A stretch of DNA of 64,000 bases from the human T2T-CHM13v2.0 reference genome, Homo sapiens (GCF_009914755.1 NC_060926.1), one strand, 5' to 3'. Counted from the first letter of the stretch, positions 28,033 to 40,063 are shown. Numbers and translations: made by a program. The notes: generated by a model not told the origin, from the sequence alone.

Positions 28033-28466
28033 TTTCATGTGCGTCCCTGTGAAGAGACCACCAAACAGGCTTTGTGTGAGCAATAAAGCTGTTTATTTCA
28101 CCTGGGTGCAGGTGGGCTGAGTCCCAAAAGAGAGTCAGTGAAGGGAGATAGGGGTGGGGCTGTTTTATAGGATTTGGGAAGGTAATGGAAAATTACAGTC
28201 AAAGGGGGTTGTTCTCTGGTGGGCAGGGGCGGGGGTCACAAGGTGCTCAGTGGGGGAGCTTCTGAGCCAGGAGAAGGAAATTCACAGGGTTAATCACTCA
28301 GTTAAGGTGGGGCAGGAACCAATCACAGTGGTGGAATGTCATCAGTTAAGGCGGGGCAGGGCCTTTTCATTTCTTTTGGGATTCTTCAGTTACTTCAGGC
28401 CATCTGGGCGTATACGTGCAAGTCACAGGGGATACGATGGCTTGGCTTGGGCTCAGAGGCCTGACA
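28033..28466 (-). promoter_or_regulatory. HERV-H 3' LTR7 (434 bp), TATA and polyA signal retained
   Basis: Minus strand TGTCAGGCCTCTGAGCCCAAGC...CCTATAAAAC...GAAATAAAC...CATGAAA; preceded by PPT TAAGAAGGCAGGAA. Confidence 0.95.
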
Positions 28467-29011
28467 TTCCTGCCTTCTTATATTAATAAGAAAAATAAAA
28501 CAAAATAGTGTTGAAGTGTTGGGGCAGCGAAAATTTTTGAGGGTGGTATGGAGAGAGAATGGGCGATGTTTCTCAGGGCTGCTTCAAGCGAGATTAGGGG
28601 CAGCGTGGGAACCTAGAGTGGGGGAGATTAAGCTGAAGGGAGATCTTGTGGTAAGGGGTGATATTGTGGGGATGTTAGAAGAAACATTTGTCGTATAGAA
28701 TGATTGGTGATGGCCTGGATATGGTTTTGTATGAATTGAAAAACTAAATGGAATAAGGGAAGGAGAAAAACAGGTATAAAAGGACTAAGAATTGGGAGGA
28801 CCTAGGACATCTGATTAGAGAGTGCCTAAGGAGATTCAGCATAGTCCTGCCAGCAAAGATTATTTATTTACTTCAAGAGTTTAGAGTGGCAGTTTGGGGA
28901 TAGCACCAGGAGATATCAGCTGTGATGGCTTGGAGAAACAGTGTAAACCGGCAGTGTAAACAAGAGCAGGGCATGTATGAGTAGTTGAGAACGATGAATA
29001 GTAGTATGACT

Positions 29012-29954
29012 AACAGATGAGGATGAAATTTGGGCTTGACTGAAGTAATGGGGGCTGTCTGTGAAGCCTTGCGGCAGTACAGCCCAGGTAATTTGCTGAG
29101 CCTAATGGGTGTCAGGGTCAGTCTAAGTGAAGGCAAAGAGAGGTTGGGATGAAGGGTGCAAAGGAATAGTAAAGAAAGCATGTTTGAGATCTAGAACAGA
29201 ATAATGGGTTGTAGAGGCAGGTATTGAGGATTGGACAGTATATGGGTTTGGCACCATGGGGTGGATAGGCAAAACAATTTGGTCGATAAGGCGCAGATTC
29301 TGAACTAACTTGTAAGGCTTGTCTGGTTTTAGGACAGGTAAAATGGGGGAATGGTAAGGAGAGCTTATACGCTTTAAAAGGCCATGCTGTAGCAGTTGAG
29401 TGATAACAGGCTTTAATCTTTTTAAAGCATGCTGCGGGATGGGATATTGGCGTTGAGTGGGGTAAGGGTGATTAGGTTTTAATGGGATGGTAATGGACAT
29501 GTGATCGGTTGCCAGGGAAGGAGTAGAGAAGTCCCATATGTGTGGGTTAAGGTGGGGGGATATGAGAGGAAGACGCGAAGGAGGCTTTGGGTTGGGGAGA
29601 AGGGCGGCAATGAGATATAGCTGTAGTCCAGGAATAGTCAGGGAAGCAGATAATTTAGTTAAAGTGTCTCAGCCTAATAAGGGAACCGGGCAGGTGGGGA
29701 TAATTAAAAGGAGTGCTTAAAAGAGTATTGTCTAAGTTGGCACCAGAGTTGGGGAGTTTTAAGAGGTTTAGAAGCCTGGCCGTCAATACCCACAACAGTT
29801 CTGGAGGCAAGGGAAACAGGCCCTTGAAAAGAAGGTAATGTGGAGTGGGTAGCCTCCGTATTAAGAAGGGGATGGGCTTACCTTCCACTGTGAGAGTCAC
29901 CTGAAGCTCGGCGTCCGTGATGGTCTAGGGGGCTTCCGAGGCGATCAGGCAGCA
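29012..29954 (-). pseudogene. pol: HERV-H pro-pol remnant (protease and N-terminal RT)
   Basis: ORF 29123-29500 has RT motifs PILPVLKPDKPYKLVQNLR and VLDLKHAFFTIPLHPSSQPLFAFT; protease start TLTVEGK...FLI is frameshifted. Confidence 0.9.
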
Positions 29955-31163
29955 TCAGTCTTCAGCCGCTAAGCCGAGAAGATCTGGGAAGGAGTCAGTC
30001 AGAGAGCCTTGGGCCAGAGTTCCAGGGGCTCTGGGAGTGGCTGCCAGATGAGTTGAACAGTCCGCTTTTCAGTGGGGTCCTACACAGATGGGACGTGGCT
30101 TAGGAGGAATCTCGGGCTGTGGGCATTCCTTGGCCCAGTGGCCAGATTTCCGGCACATGTAGCAAGCTCCTGGGGGAGGAGGTTCTGGAGGAACGCCTGG
30201 CTGCTGCGGTTCAGGCGTTTGGAAGTTCTTGTGTGCTGGAGATGTGGCTGGGGTTTATCTCACAGTGGAGGCAAGGAATTGCAACTTTTTTCTGTTATTG
30301 TACACATTGAAGGTGAGGTTAATTAAGTCCTGTTGTGGGGTTTAATGGCCAGATTCCAATTTTTGGAGTTTTATTTAATGTCGGGAGCAGATTGGGTAAT
30401 AAAATGCATTTTGAGAATAAGACGGCCTTTAGACCTCTTAGGGTCTAGGGCTGTAAAGCGTCTCAGGGTTGCTGCCAAACAAATCATGAACTGGGCTGGA
30501 TTTTTATATTTGATGAAAAAGAGCCTAAACGCTATCTGATTTGGGATAAAGAGAAAGGAGCATTAACCTTGACTATGCCTTTAGCTCCAGGCACCTTTTT
30601 AAGAGTAAATTGCTGGGCAGGTCGGGGAGGGCTAGTCACGGAACAAAACTGTAAGCCGGACCAGGTGTGGAGGGGAGGTGATAAAAAGATTACAGGGTGG
30701 AGGAGCAGAGGCTGAGGAAGAATTGGGACCTAGCTTGGCCTGGCGAGGAGGGGAGAGGTCAGATGGGTCTGTAGAAAAGGAAGATTAGAAAGACTCTGCG
30801 ACGCTTGGGGTTGGGACTGAGGGGACAGGAGGGAGGGAAAGAAGGAAGATTTGGGACGAGTTGCACTGGGCACAGAGACTAGGAAGGGACTGATGTGTAA
30901 AAGAATGCCTGGACGTCAGGCACCTCAGACCATTTGCCCATTTTATGACAAGAATTATTTAGATCTTGTAGGATGGAAAAATTGAAAGTGCCATTTTCTG
31001 GCTATTTGGAACTACTGTCGAGTTTGTATTGGGGTCAAGCGGCATTGCAGAAGAAAATAAGACGCTTTGATTTTAGGTCAGGTGACAGTTGAAGAGGTTT
31101 TAAGTTCTTAAGAATACAGGCTAAGGGAGAAGAAGGAGGAATGGAAGGTGGAAGCTTGCCCAT
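29955..31163 (-). pseudogene. gag: HERV-H gag remnant
   Basis: MGKLPPSIPPSSPLACILKNLKPLQLSPDLK...IFFCN from ATG at 31163, early TGA at 31035-31037; intact zinc knuckle CYMCRKSGHWAKEC at 30123-30164. Confidence 0.9.
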
Positions 31164-31260
31164 AGTGAAGGAGGCAAGCCCAGAGAAAAGAGTAGAGACA
31201 CAGAGAAGGGGTGAGGGGTTCTTGCCCTCCAGAAAAGCAGAGAAAGGGTTGGGGCATGGA

Positions 31261-31567
31261 AATAAGGAATTGGGGCACAGAGATAAGAGGTCGGGGTGTG
31301 GAAATAAGGGATTGGGGCACAGAGATAAGAGGTTGGGGTGCAGAAATAAGTGATTGGGGGGTTCTTGCCCCCTAGGAAAGTGGGACTTGCCACTAAGGGT
31401 GAAGGAGAAGGGGTTGAGGGGTACTGGCCCCTGCCCCAGTAAAGCAGAGAAGGGGTAGAGACAAGGAGAGAAGGGGTTAGGGTACTTGCCCCTTCCCCAG
31501 AAAAGCAGAGAAGGGGTAGAGACAAGGAGAGAAGGGGTTGGGGTACTTGCCCCTTCCCCAGAAAAGC
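31261..31567. repeat. Tandem repeats in HERV-H leader (about 42-bp and 60-bp units)
   Basis: ATTGGGGCACAGAGATAAGAGG occurs twice; GAAGGGGTT..GGGTACT..CCCC..CCCCAG.AAAGC occurs three times at about 60-bp period. Confidence 0.9.
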
Positions 31568-31877
31568 GGGACTTGCCACTAAGGGCGAAAGACCAAGGCA
31601 GGCATCCCTGCGTGGTCTGACACCTTTGAAACGTGGGTAAATAATCAGAGAGGTGTCCCTGCAATAATTAAACACCAAGGGAAGGCTGCCTTCCTGAGTC
31701 CGTGACCGGCACCAGAGTTTTGGGTCCACGGATAAAATGTGTCTCCTTTGTCTCTACCGGAAAATGAAGGGAATTGAAATTAAGAGAAGGGAGAGATTGA
31801 AGTGTGGCGCCAAGATTGAAAGGAGAAGGAGGTTGAGGGATAGTGAGGGAGGTTGGAGAAGAGAGTAAAAAGAGGCT

Positions 31878-31886
31878 GCTTACCGG
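31878..31886 (-). promoter_or_regulatory. HERV-H major leader splice donor
   Basis: Minus strand AAATCCG|GTAAGC, about 150 nt downstream of the 5' LTR. Confidence 0.75.
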
Positions 31887-32009
31887 ATTTGAAATTGGTG
31901 AGATGTTTCTCGGGCTGGTCGGTCTGAGGACCTGAGGTCGTAGGTGGATCTTTCTCAGGGAGCAAAGAGCAGGAGGACGGGGGATTGATCTCCCAAGGGA
32001 GGTCCCCCG

Positions 32010-32027
32010 ATTCGAGTCACGGCACCA
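32010..32027 (-). other. Primer binding site, tRNA-His
   Basis: Minus strand TGGTGCCGTGACTCGAAT, one mismatch to the tRNA-His PBS, 2 nt from the 5' LTR end. Confidence 0.95.
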
Positions 32028-32029
32028 AA

Positions 32030-32397
32030 TTTCATGCACGTCCGTGTGAAGAGACCACCAAACAGGCTTTGTGCGAGCAATAAAGCTGTTTATTTCACCT
32101 GGGTACAGGTGGGCTGAGTCCAAAAAGAGAGTCAGCGAAGGGAGATGGGGTGGGCAGGGGCGGGGGTCACAAGGTGCTCAGTGCGGGAGCTTCGGAGCCA
32201 GGAGAAGGAAATTCACAGGGTTAATCACTCAGTTAAGGTGGGGCAGGAACAAATCACAATGGTGGAATGTCATCAGTTAAGGCGGGGCAGGGCTTTTTCA
32301 CTTCTTTTGTGATTCTTCAGTTACTTCAGGCCATCTGGGCGTATACGTGCAAGTCACAGGGGATACGATGGCTTGGCTTGGGCTCAGAGGCCTGACA
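32030..32397 (-). promoter_or_regulatory. HERV-H 5' LTR7 (368 bp) with 65-bp TATA-region deletion
   Basis: Aligns to the 3' LTR with 14 substitutions, a 1-bp indel and a 65-bp gap bounded by GGTGGG. Confidence 0.95.
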
Positions 32398-33244
32398 GTA
32401 TGCAGCATGGTGAGTAGTATGTAGATAAAATATATGGTTGGTATCTAGGTGCAATAGCTGTTCTGGGTCATTAGTAGATTATATAGACGAGGATAAAGTA
32501 TAGAGCTCATTTAGTAGAGTCAACTGGAGAAAAGTGCTCAACTTGAGTGTGAGAGGGCCAGGCCAAGGCAGGGCCGGGGTGAGGCAGAGGCACTGGTAGA
32601 GAGAGGTACAGTGGGTGGTTCCCCAGCAGGTAGAAGGCCCTAATGTTGACTGTAAGAGACAGAAAAGGTAAAGGAAAGTCTAAGAAGCAAAATGGGATTT
32701 GGAAGGCAGAAAAGGCAGGGTGCTACCTGCTTCAAATTGTATTAAAGAAATTCTCTAGTTTGTGAACATTTTGGGTGTTCACTGAGGGAAACCATATGCC
32801 TTTGAATACATGAAAAATATTTTCAGAGATGATGTAGAGCCATCATATAAAACTTTATGACCATCAAAGAATTTTCTTATGACTAAAGGAGAGGCTATAG
32901 GAATATCTCCACCAATTCTGAGTTATATATGAAGATTAGAGGGTAATCTTTCTTTAGGAATTAAATGTTTAAATCCTCTGACTTCTGAATTATTGCCAGT
33001 GTTTAAAGTGGTGCAATGGAGACTTTGGTGCTGTGACTATGGGGTTAACAGTACTTCCCTATTTCTGACAGTAGGAATTCCATTGGAAAGGAAATTGATT
33101 AGTATCTGCATGAAGTTCTGCTAGTCTGAGAGTTTATCTCCTTGCAAATAGTGTTTACATTTTTAAAATCTTTCTTAGATGTAGCCCTTACCAGAATGAA
33201 TTGTACCAGAATGAATTGTTTCTATGGCTGCTCTTCGGGACCAC

Positions 33245-33342
33245 TTCTTACATACACATCATAGAGCACACATAGCACACGTGCACTACACACACCATAC
33301 ACATACCTCATCCTCCACATACCACATACACACACCATACAC

Positions 33343-33383
<41 letters not shown>
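33245..33383. repeat. CA-rich tract ending in pure (CA)n
   Basis: Visible dinucleotide repeat. Confidence 0.95.
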
Positions 33384-33385
<2 letters not shown>

Positions 33386-33714
33386 CTACCCATTTCAACC
33401 TATGAAACTGACATGTCCGTATTAGATAAGGGGAGTAATAGTTCTTTGGAACTCAGGGTTTATTTGAGCAACATTTACTAAGGAGTTCATTGCTGTAGAT
33501 TAAAAAATTAGTTGTTGGCTGACCTAGAAGTACAATCTCAGTCTTCCTTTTCTTAGACCAAGACTATTAATAATAATAAAATAATTTATTATATGCAGTG
33601 TTCACAATAATTTACCACAAAATTCTAGCTACCTTTATTGAGCCCTTACTATATGACAGATTCATTTGAGGTATTTATAGATATGATATATACATTTCAG
33701 ATATATTTGGAAAA

Positions 33715-33804
33715 TATGTATATATGCATGTGTGTGTATATATATATATATACACACACTAATATATCTAGATCTCTCTCTCTCTCTCTATATATATATA
33801 TACA

Positions 33805-33842
<38 letters not shown>
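33715..33842. repeat. Compound (TG)(TA)(CT)(TA)(CA) microsatellite
   Basis: Visible simple repeats. Confidence 0.95.
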
Positions 33843-33844
<2 letters not shown>

Positions 33845-33896
33845 TTTGATCCTCATAGAACCTTTCTGAGCTAGGCACTAATACTATCCGCATTTT

Positions 33897-34257
33897 ATTT
33901 ATTTATTTATTTTTTATTTTTATTTTTTATTATTATACTTTAAGTTTTACGGTACGTGTGCACATTGTGCAGGTTAGTTACATATGTATACATGTGCCAT
34001 GCTGGTGCGCTGCACCCACTAAATCGTCATCTAGCCTTAGGTATATCTCCCAATGCTATCCCTCCCCCCTCCCCCCACCCCACCACAGTCCCCAGAGTGT
34101 GATATTCCCCTTCCTGTGTCCATGTGATCTCATTGTTCAGTTCCCACCTATGAGTGAGAATATGCGGTGTTTGGTTTTTTGTTCTTGCGATAGTTTACTA
34201 AGAATGATGATTTCCAATTTCATCCATGTCCCTACGAAGGACATGAACTCATCATTT
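33897..34257 (-). mobile_element. Young L1 (L1PA2-like) 5'-truncated 3' end inserted in a MIR
   Basis: Near-consensus L1PA 3'UTR with G-rich tract and A-rich tail; 15-bp TSD TACTATCC(G/C)CATTTT at 33882-33896 and 34258-34272. Confidence 0.93.
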
Positions 34258-36539
34258 TACTATCCCCATTTTAAAGACGAAGTAATTGAGCACAGAGAAC
34301 TAATTAACTTGCCCAGGGTTTTACTGAGAGCTAGGCACGGCTCATATCTTACTTAATTATTACAACAAGCTTATAAGAAAGGAATTTAAGCCCTCTTTGC
34401 AAAAGAGAAACCATAGATGCTCGTGATTAAATAAACTACTCAAGGTCACCCAATCAAGTCAGGGCTTGAATCCTGCTTGTCCTAGTTCCTAACCCAATGT
34501 ATTTTCCCAGATCTTAACAGACCAAAATGATTTGATCAAAGCTGGTAGAAAGTGCGTCAGCCATCCCTAGAATTGACTTCCTGTGGACGTGGGTAACATT
34601 CTGGAGTCAACATCAGAACAAACGGCCTGAAAAAATTCATATAAACTTTTGAGAAACTAAGCATCCTTCTGGCCTTCAGGATCTGTAGTTATCATATATT
34701 TGGTGAGCATTCCTTCACTGTGCTTATTTTGTAGAAGTCAGGTGCTTGGTTCACCATAAGGCCAAATGTTGCCTTTAATTAACAACTTAAAATAGATTTC
34801 ACAGCCTCCTTCTGCTGACAGAGAGTTCCTCCCTTGTGAACTCCTACAATCTGGGCCCAGGAAAAATGGGGCTGTAGGGCATATACCTCTGTCTGAAGGG
34901 AACTATTTTGCAAGTAAGCACTCCATTATTTATTATAACATGGCCAGCCATGCCAATTGCAAATTAAGTGCTGAAGATATATTATTTCTGCAATGACTAT
35001 GTCCATACCCTTTAGTTTAATGACAAAGTAAAGTACATTTGTCTTTTAGTTAAATTAGAGACAAAAATTAACTTAATTGTCATTAAACAAATAAAGACTT
35101 GAAGCCATCAGCCAGCTAAATGTGACCAAAAATTATTTTGACTTGAAATAACTTGATAATTGAGAACAGAAAAACGTTATTTGAAGAGTGCTTGAATGAT
35201 CTAGGTAATAACTTCAATTCTTCATTCTTCTTTTCTCATGTAGACATGACTCCACTGTATAGGGTTTTTTTACTATAATAAATGAAATCCTATTTAATAT
35301 TTTTTCTTCTCTTTTAGTAAAAAAAAAATAAGGCGAGGAATTTCCATTTTTATCTGACCCTTCAGTTTGCCTGCTCTCACAGCAAACAGAAGGGCATTAA
35401 GTCCTAGGGATTTAGTAATAAGATTAAAATAAGGAGAAATGAATGGAAGAATCATTTAGACCAAAGCCCTGTCTGCAGGCAGCTCCATGCATAAACCATG
35501 CCAGGAAATCAGGATTTCTATATTATTATTAATGACCTCTAAAGAAAGAGATTTTTCACCTTTTAAAGTGGCTTTTCACAGTATTAGGCTAAAAGGATAT
35601 GTTTAAAGCTTCTTTTAGCTGCACAACTTGAAAACATATCTAGAAAGCCAGAGTTGACATGAAAGTGAGGGATCCTGAGCCCTGTTCTATCAATGTGCCT
35701 TTGACCATTGTGGTCATCCAAATACTTTCTGAGAGCCTGTAAGGAATGAAGAGCTGGCCTGAGATTCGCTATGCAACCAAGAAGGATTTAACTGTCTGGC
35801 AGAGTTTTGTTTCTTAAATTGAATGGTGGAAACATAGGCATTTCTTCTATTATTTTATAATAAATTTTGTATACTTTAAATATTGTATTTTTAAAAAGTC
35901 AACACCCTCTTTCACACACACCAAACATGGTGACCTCTAGCAAACTGTGCTATTGTGATCTCAAGTTCTAGCCACTCTTATTGTCCTTCTAGCATATCCC
36001 TAGCACTCTCTTAAGCTCAGCTCAAGTGTCATATTCTTCAGAAGATAAAAAGTCAAGATATTTGGGTGCCCTAATCTACTATTTAGGTGAGCTAACATAT
36101 CTGAAACTCTTGCTGGAATGCTTGGCTCATAGCAGGATCTCAATAAATTTTTGTTTCTCTATTTCTTCCATTCTCTTTTCCTTGTGTCTCAGCAAAGCAC
36201 CTCCTTTCTGTGTTCCCTAGATGTGTTTACTCTACCGTTGATATATTGATGGTAAGTTATGGCGTACATGTCTGCTGCTTCCCTTTCTCTTTCTTTTGCC
36301 TCCATCTACAAGCAGTGACTTTCTTGGGAGCAGGGACAGTACTTTTCATCTGTGCTAGTCCAGCACTGAGCACAGCACAAAGAGTAAAGTTGGTGGAATA
36401 AACCAACAACAAGAACAACGACAACACGTATGTGAGGACCAGATCTGAAGCAAACTGAAGGAGTTTTCTATTAGGAAAGAAACCTGAAGCAAGGAGAAAA
36501 GGAGCGATAGATGTTTCAATTTTTATTACACATTCAGTG

Positions 36540-36730
36540 AGGGCTAGGCAGTTTTCATATGTCATATCATTCACCTCCATGCCAGTCTAGTGAAGTAGAC
36601 ATTACAATTATTCCCATTTTTAGGATTGGAAAATGGAGATCAGGTAGGTTAATTATCTTGTGCAAAATCAGATGATTCATAATCAGTAAAACTAAAATGT
36701 TAACCCAAATTTGACTCATGCTTTCTTTTA
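36540..36730 (-). mobile_element. MIR SINE
   Basis: ATTCCCATTTTTAGGATTGGAAAATGGAGATCAGGTAGGTTAATTATCTTG antisense core. Confidence 0.6.
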
Positions 36731-36801
36731 TAATGTACTATTTCCTGGTATATCAGAAAGACTCTTGATATATAGACTACAGACAAGCCCCTTCCTATGC
36801 T

Positions 36802-37219
36802 TGCGTTACTCCATTTTTCATTGCTATAAAAAAAATACCCGAGACTGGGTAATTAATAAAGAAAAGAGGTTTATTTGGCTTACAATTCTGCAGGCTGTAC
36901 AAGTATGGCACCAGCATCTGCTTCTGGTCAGGCTACGGGAAGCTTACAATCATGGTGAAAGGCAAAGGCGGGAGCAGGCATATCACATAGTGAGAAAGGG
37001 TGCAAGACAGAGAGAAAGAGGTGCCAGGGTCCTTTGAATAACCAGCTTTCATGTGAACTAACCGAGCGAGAACTCACTCATTACCACAGGGAGGTCAGCA
37101 AACCATTCAGGAGGGCTCTGCCCCTGTGACCCAAATGCCTCTTGCAAGGCCTCACCTCCAGCATGGGGAATCACATTTCAACATGGGATGTGGAGAAGAA
37201 AAATATCCAAACTATGTCA
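36802..37219 (-). mobile_element. MSTA-like MaLR solo LTR
   Basis: TTGCTATAAA...CCCGAGACTGGGTAATTAATAAAGAAAAGAGGTTTATTTGGCT...CACATTTCAACATG...ATCCAAACTATGTCA. Confidence 0.9.
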
Positions 37220-37637
37220 GTGCCTTTCTTGAGACAGCTTCAAACCTCTCGGGCAGTAATAAGGGGCAGTTGAGACAACACATTACCCCAGCCACTACAA
37301 GTGTTATCTCTTAATCACACTACCTTCAAGAGAAAGCATCCTGCCACCACTCAGTTCAGCAGTGAGTCCCACAGATGAAGAAGGTGAAGCAATGTGAGCC
37401 TGATTTATTTTCACTGCAGAATCCCTGAGAATAGGAGAAATAACAGATATGCTTAGAACATAGAAGCCCTCATGCGTGCAGTCTCGAATATGTGAATTTA
37501 TAGAATCAAACACCTTTCTTTTGTTTCCTGTCTTTATAACACTCATGCTCCTGCCATGCATCACACTAATTTTTCAGTCCGGTTTACCCTGGAGCTGTAT
37601 TAATCTAGTTTATCTAATTCCCTTTCAGGATCTAAGG

Positions 37638-37922
37638 CAGGAGTTTACAAATTATGGCCTGAAAGCTAAGAATTAATTTTGTATTTTTAAATAGCTAAAA
37701 AAAAAAGAAAAATAATACTTCGTGGTACATGAAAATTATATGAAATTTAAATGTCAGTGTCCATGATTAGTTTCATTATAGCCACACCTTTTTGTGTCTG
37801 TAGTATATGTGGCTGCTTTTATGTTACGTTGGCAGAGATGGGTAGTTGCAACAGAGACTTTATGACCTACACAGCCTAAAATATTGACTATCTCACCCGA
37901 TATAAGAGTTTGCTGACCCCTG
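37638..37922. mobile_element. MER58B-like hAT-Charlie MITE
   Basis: CAGGAG...TGAAAATTATATGAAATTTAAATGTCAGTGTCCAT...GCCTAAAATATTGACTATCT...TTTGCTGACCCCTG. Confidence 0.8.
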
Positions 37923-38441
37923 CTATAAAGAACAGTTAGGGATTCATTTCTCCAGACAACTAAATTTGGTATTCTCTCACACCCTCTTTTGTCGTTATTC
38001 TAGTGGGAGTAGGTTTTCTTTCAAGTGTCTGTAACTGTATAATGCTTTTGTAATCATAACAATGTGAGAGCTATAGTCACTTTTGTTATATCATGTGAAT
38101 GTCAATGTTGTTAAGGCAACTTATTTGTGCTTTTTGTGTTTATTCCCCCACTCTTTTGTACTTTTTTTTGCTTTTTGGCAGAAGCCTCTTCTCTGAGATT
38201 AGGTTTTCCTTTTTCTCCACCTAGTTCTCAAGCACCATTAAGCCTAATTTTATTTTGTATTTGACTCTCTACCATGGATGGGATAGAAGAAGTCAACCGT
38301 CCCTGGAGTTCACCGTTCAAATCTTGGGCGTTCATTTAAGAGGACCAATGGCAAAGTAGAGATGACTCCGTGGAGCACATTCCCTGGAAACTGCACTGTA
38401 GGAAATACTTGGAGGAAAGTTCATCTCTTAGCCTGGGACAT

Positions 38442-38526
38442 CTACTAGTTTCCCAGGGCTGCCATAATAAAGTTCCGCAGTCTTAGGGACTTTAAGTAAT
38501 AAAAGTTTTTCTCACAGCTCTGGAGA
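38442..38526 (-). mobile_element. MLT1 LTR fragment
   Basis: TAGTTTCCCAGGGCTGCCATAATAAAGTTCC...TTCTCACAGCTCTGGAG. Confidence 0.6.
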
Positions 38527-39299
38527 AAAAGTTACAGAAGATTCCTATTTGAATAAAGCAGACTTTTCTAACAATAACAATGAGCTTTATTATCCCGATT
38601 GCAGGGTGATGAGCTCCAGACTGAGTAGGGATATGTCAAAAACACGGTAGAAGCTATTGCTATATCAAATTGGCCTCCTCTCAGCTTTAAATTCTTTTGT
38701 ATCCTATTGCTCCCTTCTAGGCACAACTTAGCACAGATACATTTGAAAAAATATATCCCAAAAATTATTTCCTTCCTTCCTTCCTTTCCTCCCTCCCTTC
38801 CTTCTTTCCTTCTTTTATTTCTAGAACCAAAAATTGCATTTCTTTTGTGCAGAACTTTATTCATTACAATATTTGCACTCAGATGAAAGAAACATATTTG
38901 GTGATAGATGAAAAGGAAAGTAATTTATATTGTCTTTATTCCAATATCATTTAGCATGTTCAATTTACATGAATTATTTGGCTAGAACTCTCAATTTTTT
39001 TTTCTGAGTTAAGAATGATCATAGATTTAATCATATATAAGTACTTTATGAAATGAATTAATTTTGTTTTGATTCTGTTAATTTTAATACATTTAAATGG
39101 CCAACCTCAGGAGACAGAGGGGGACAAAGCATTAAGAATTAATTGGCAAGATGAGGTATGGCTGGCTTATGTATGTGGCTGGGGTCTGAAGCTCAGTAAA
39201 AGTTGTCCTTAAGTAATATATTTCATATCTACTGGATTCAATGTGTATAAACCAAAATGTGTCTGTGACATTGATGGCCCAGTGTGTGCCTATTCTAGG

Positions 39300-39507
39300 A
39301 AACAGTTTGGAAAAATGTTTCTGTAAAGAGCCATATAGTAAATACCTTAGGCCTTGAGAGTTACATATGTATAATATTTGTCATGGATTCTTTGTTTCTT
39401 TCTTACCCCTCCTCTTCTTCTGCTTCTACAACAACCCTTTACAATTTAAAATTTATTTTTACCTTAAAGACTTTACAAAATCTTGGTCTGTAGTTTGCTG
39501 ACCGCTA
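39300..39507. mobile_element. MER58-type hAT MITE
   Basis: TTTCTGTAAAGAGCCATATAGTAAATA and GTCTGTAGTTTGCTGACC termini, flanked by ATTCTAGG. Confidence 0.6.
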
Positions 39508-39513
39508 TTCTAG

Positions 39514-39826
<313 letters not shown>

Positions 39827-40063
39827 CATTTCATTTTTTTAATGATTCTGTTCTTAACCTATTAGGCTAATGTCAGGGTAATTCAGCCTTTTGCATCTTT
39901 GTAGTAAGTATTATACTATGCTGTATGACAGAGAGGCTCTGCTAATACTGAAATGTAGCGTAAGATATTCACTCTTTGATCTAAGGCAACTGAAAATTCT
40001 TTCATGTAAATACCTTTTGGGGTGGAAGTGAAGAAAAGAGTAGTTCATTTATTAGCAATTATT

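Larger units (their letters stand above)
28033..32397 (-). mobile_element. HERV-H provirus, non-autonomous, internally deleted (4365 bp)
   Basis: Two LTR7 copies, 5-bp TSD GTATG (28028-28032 and 32398-32402), tRNA-His PBS, PPT, and gag/pro/RT remnants. Confidence 0.98.

Noticed and set aside
31035-32123. Long overlapping ORFs (209, 202 and 151 aa) as novel proteins
   Set aside because: They lie in the C-rich, stop-poor HERV-H leader with tandem repeats, and the gag frame stops after about 42 codons.
33189-33218. 15-bp tandem duplication TACCAGAATGAATTG (similar ones at about 41047-41073 and 57698-57731)
   Set aside because: Ordinary slippage-type micro-duplications, common in mammalian DNA.
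33958-34356. 132-aa ORF
   Set aside because: Antisense reading of the L1 3'UTR, a well-known spurious frame.
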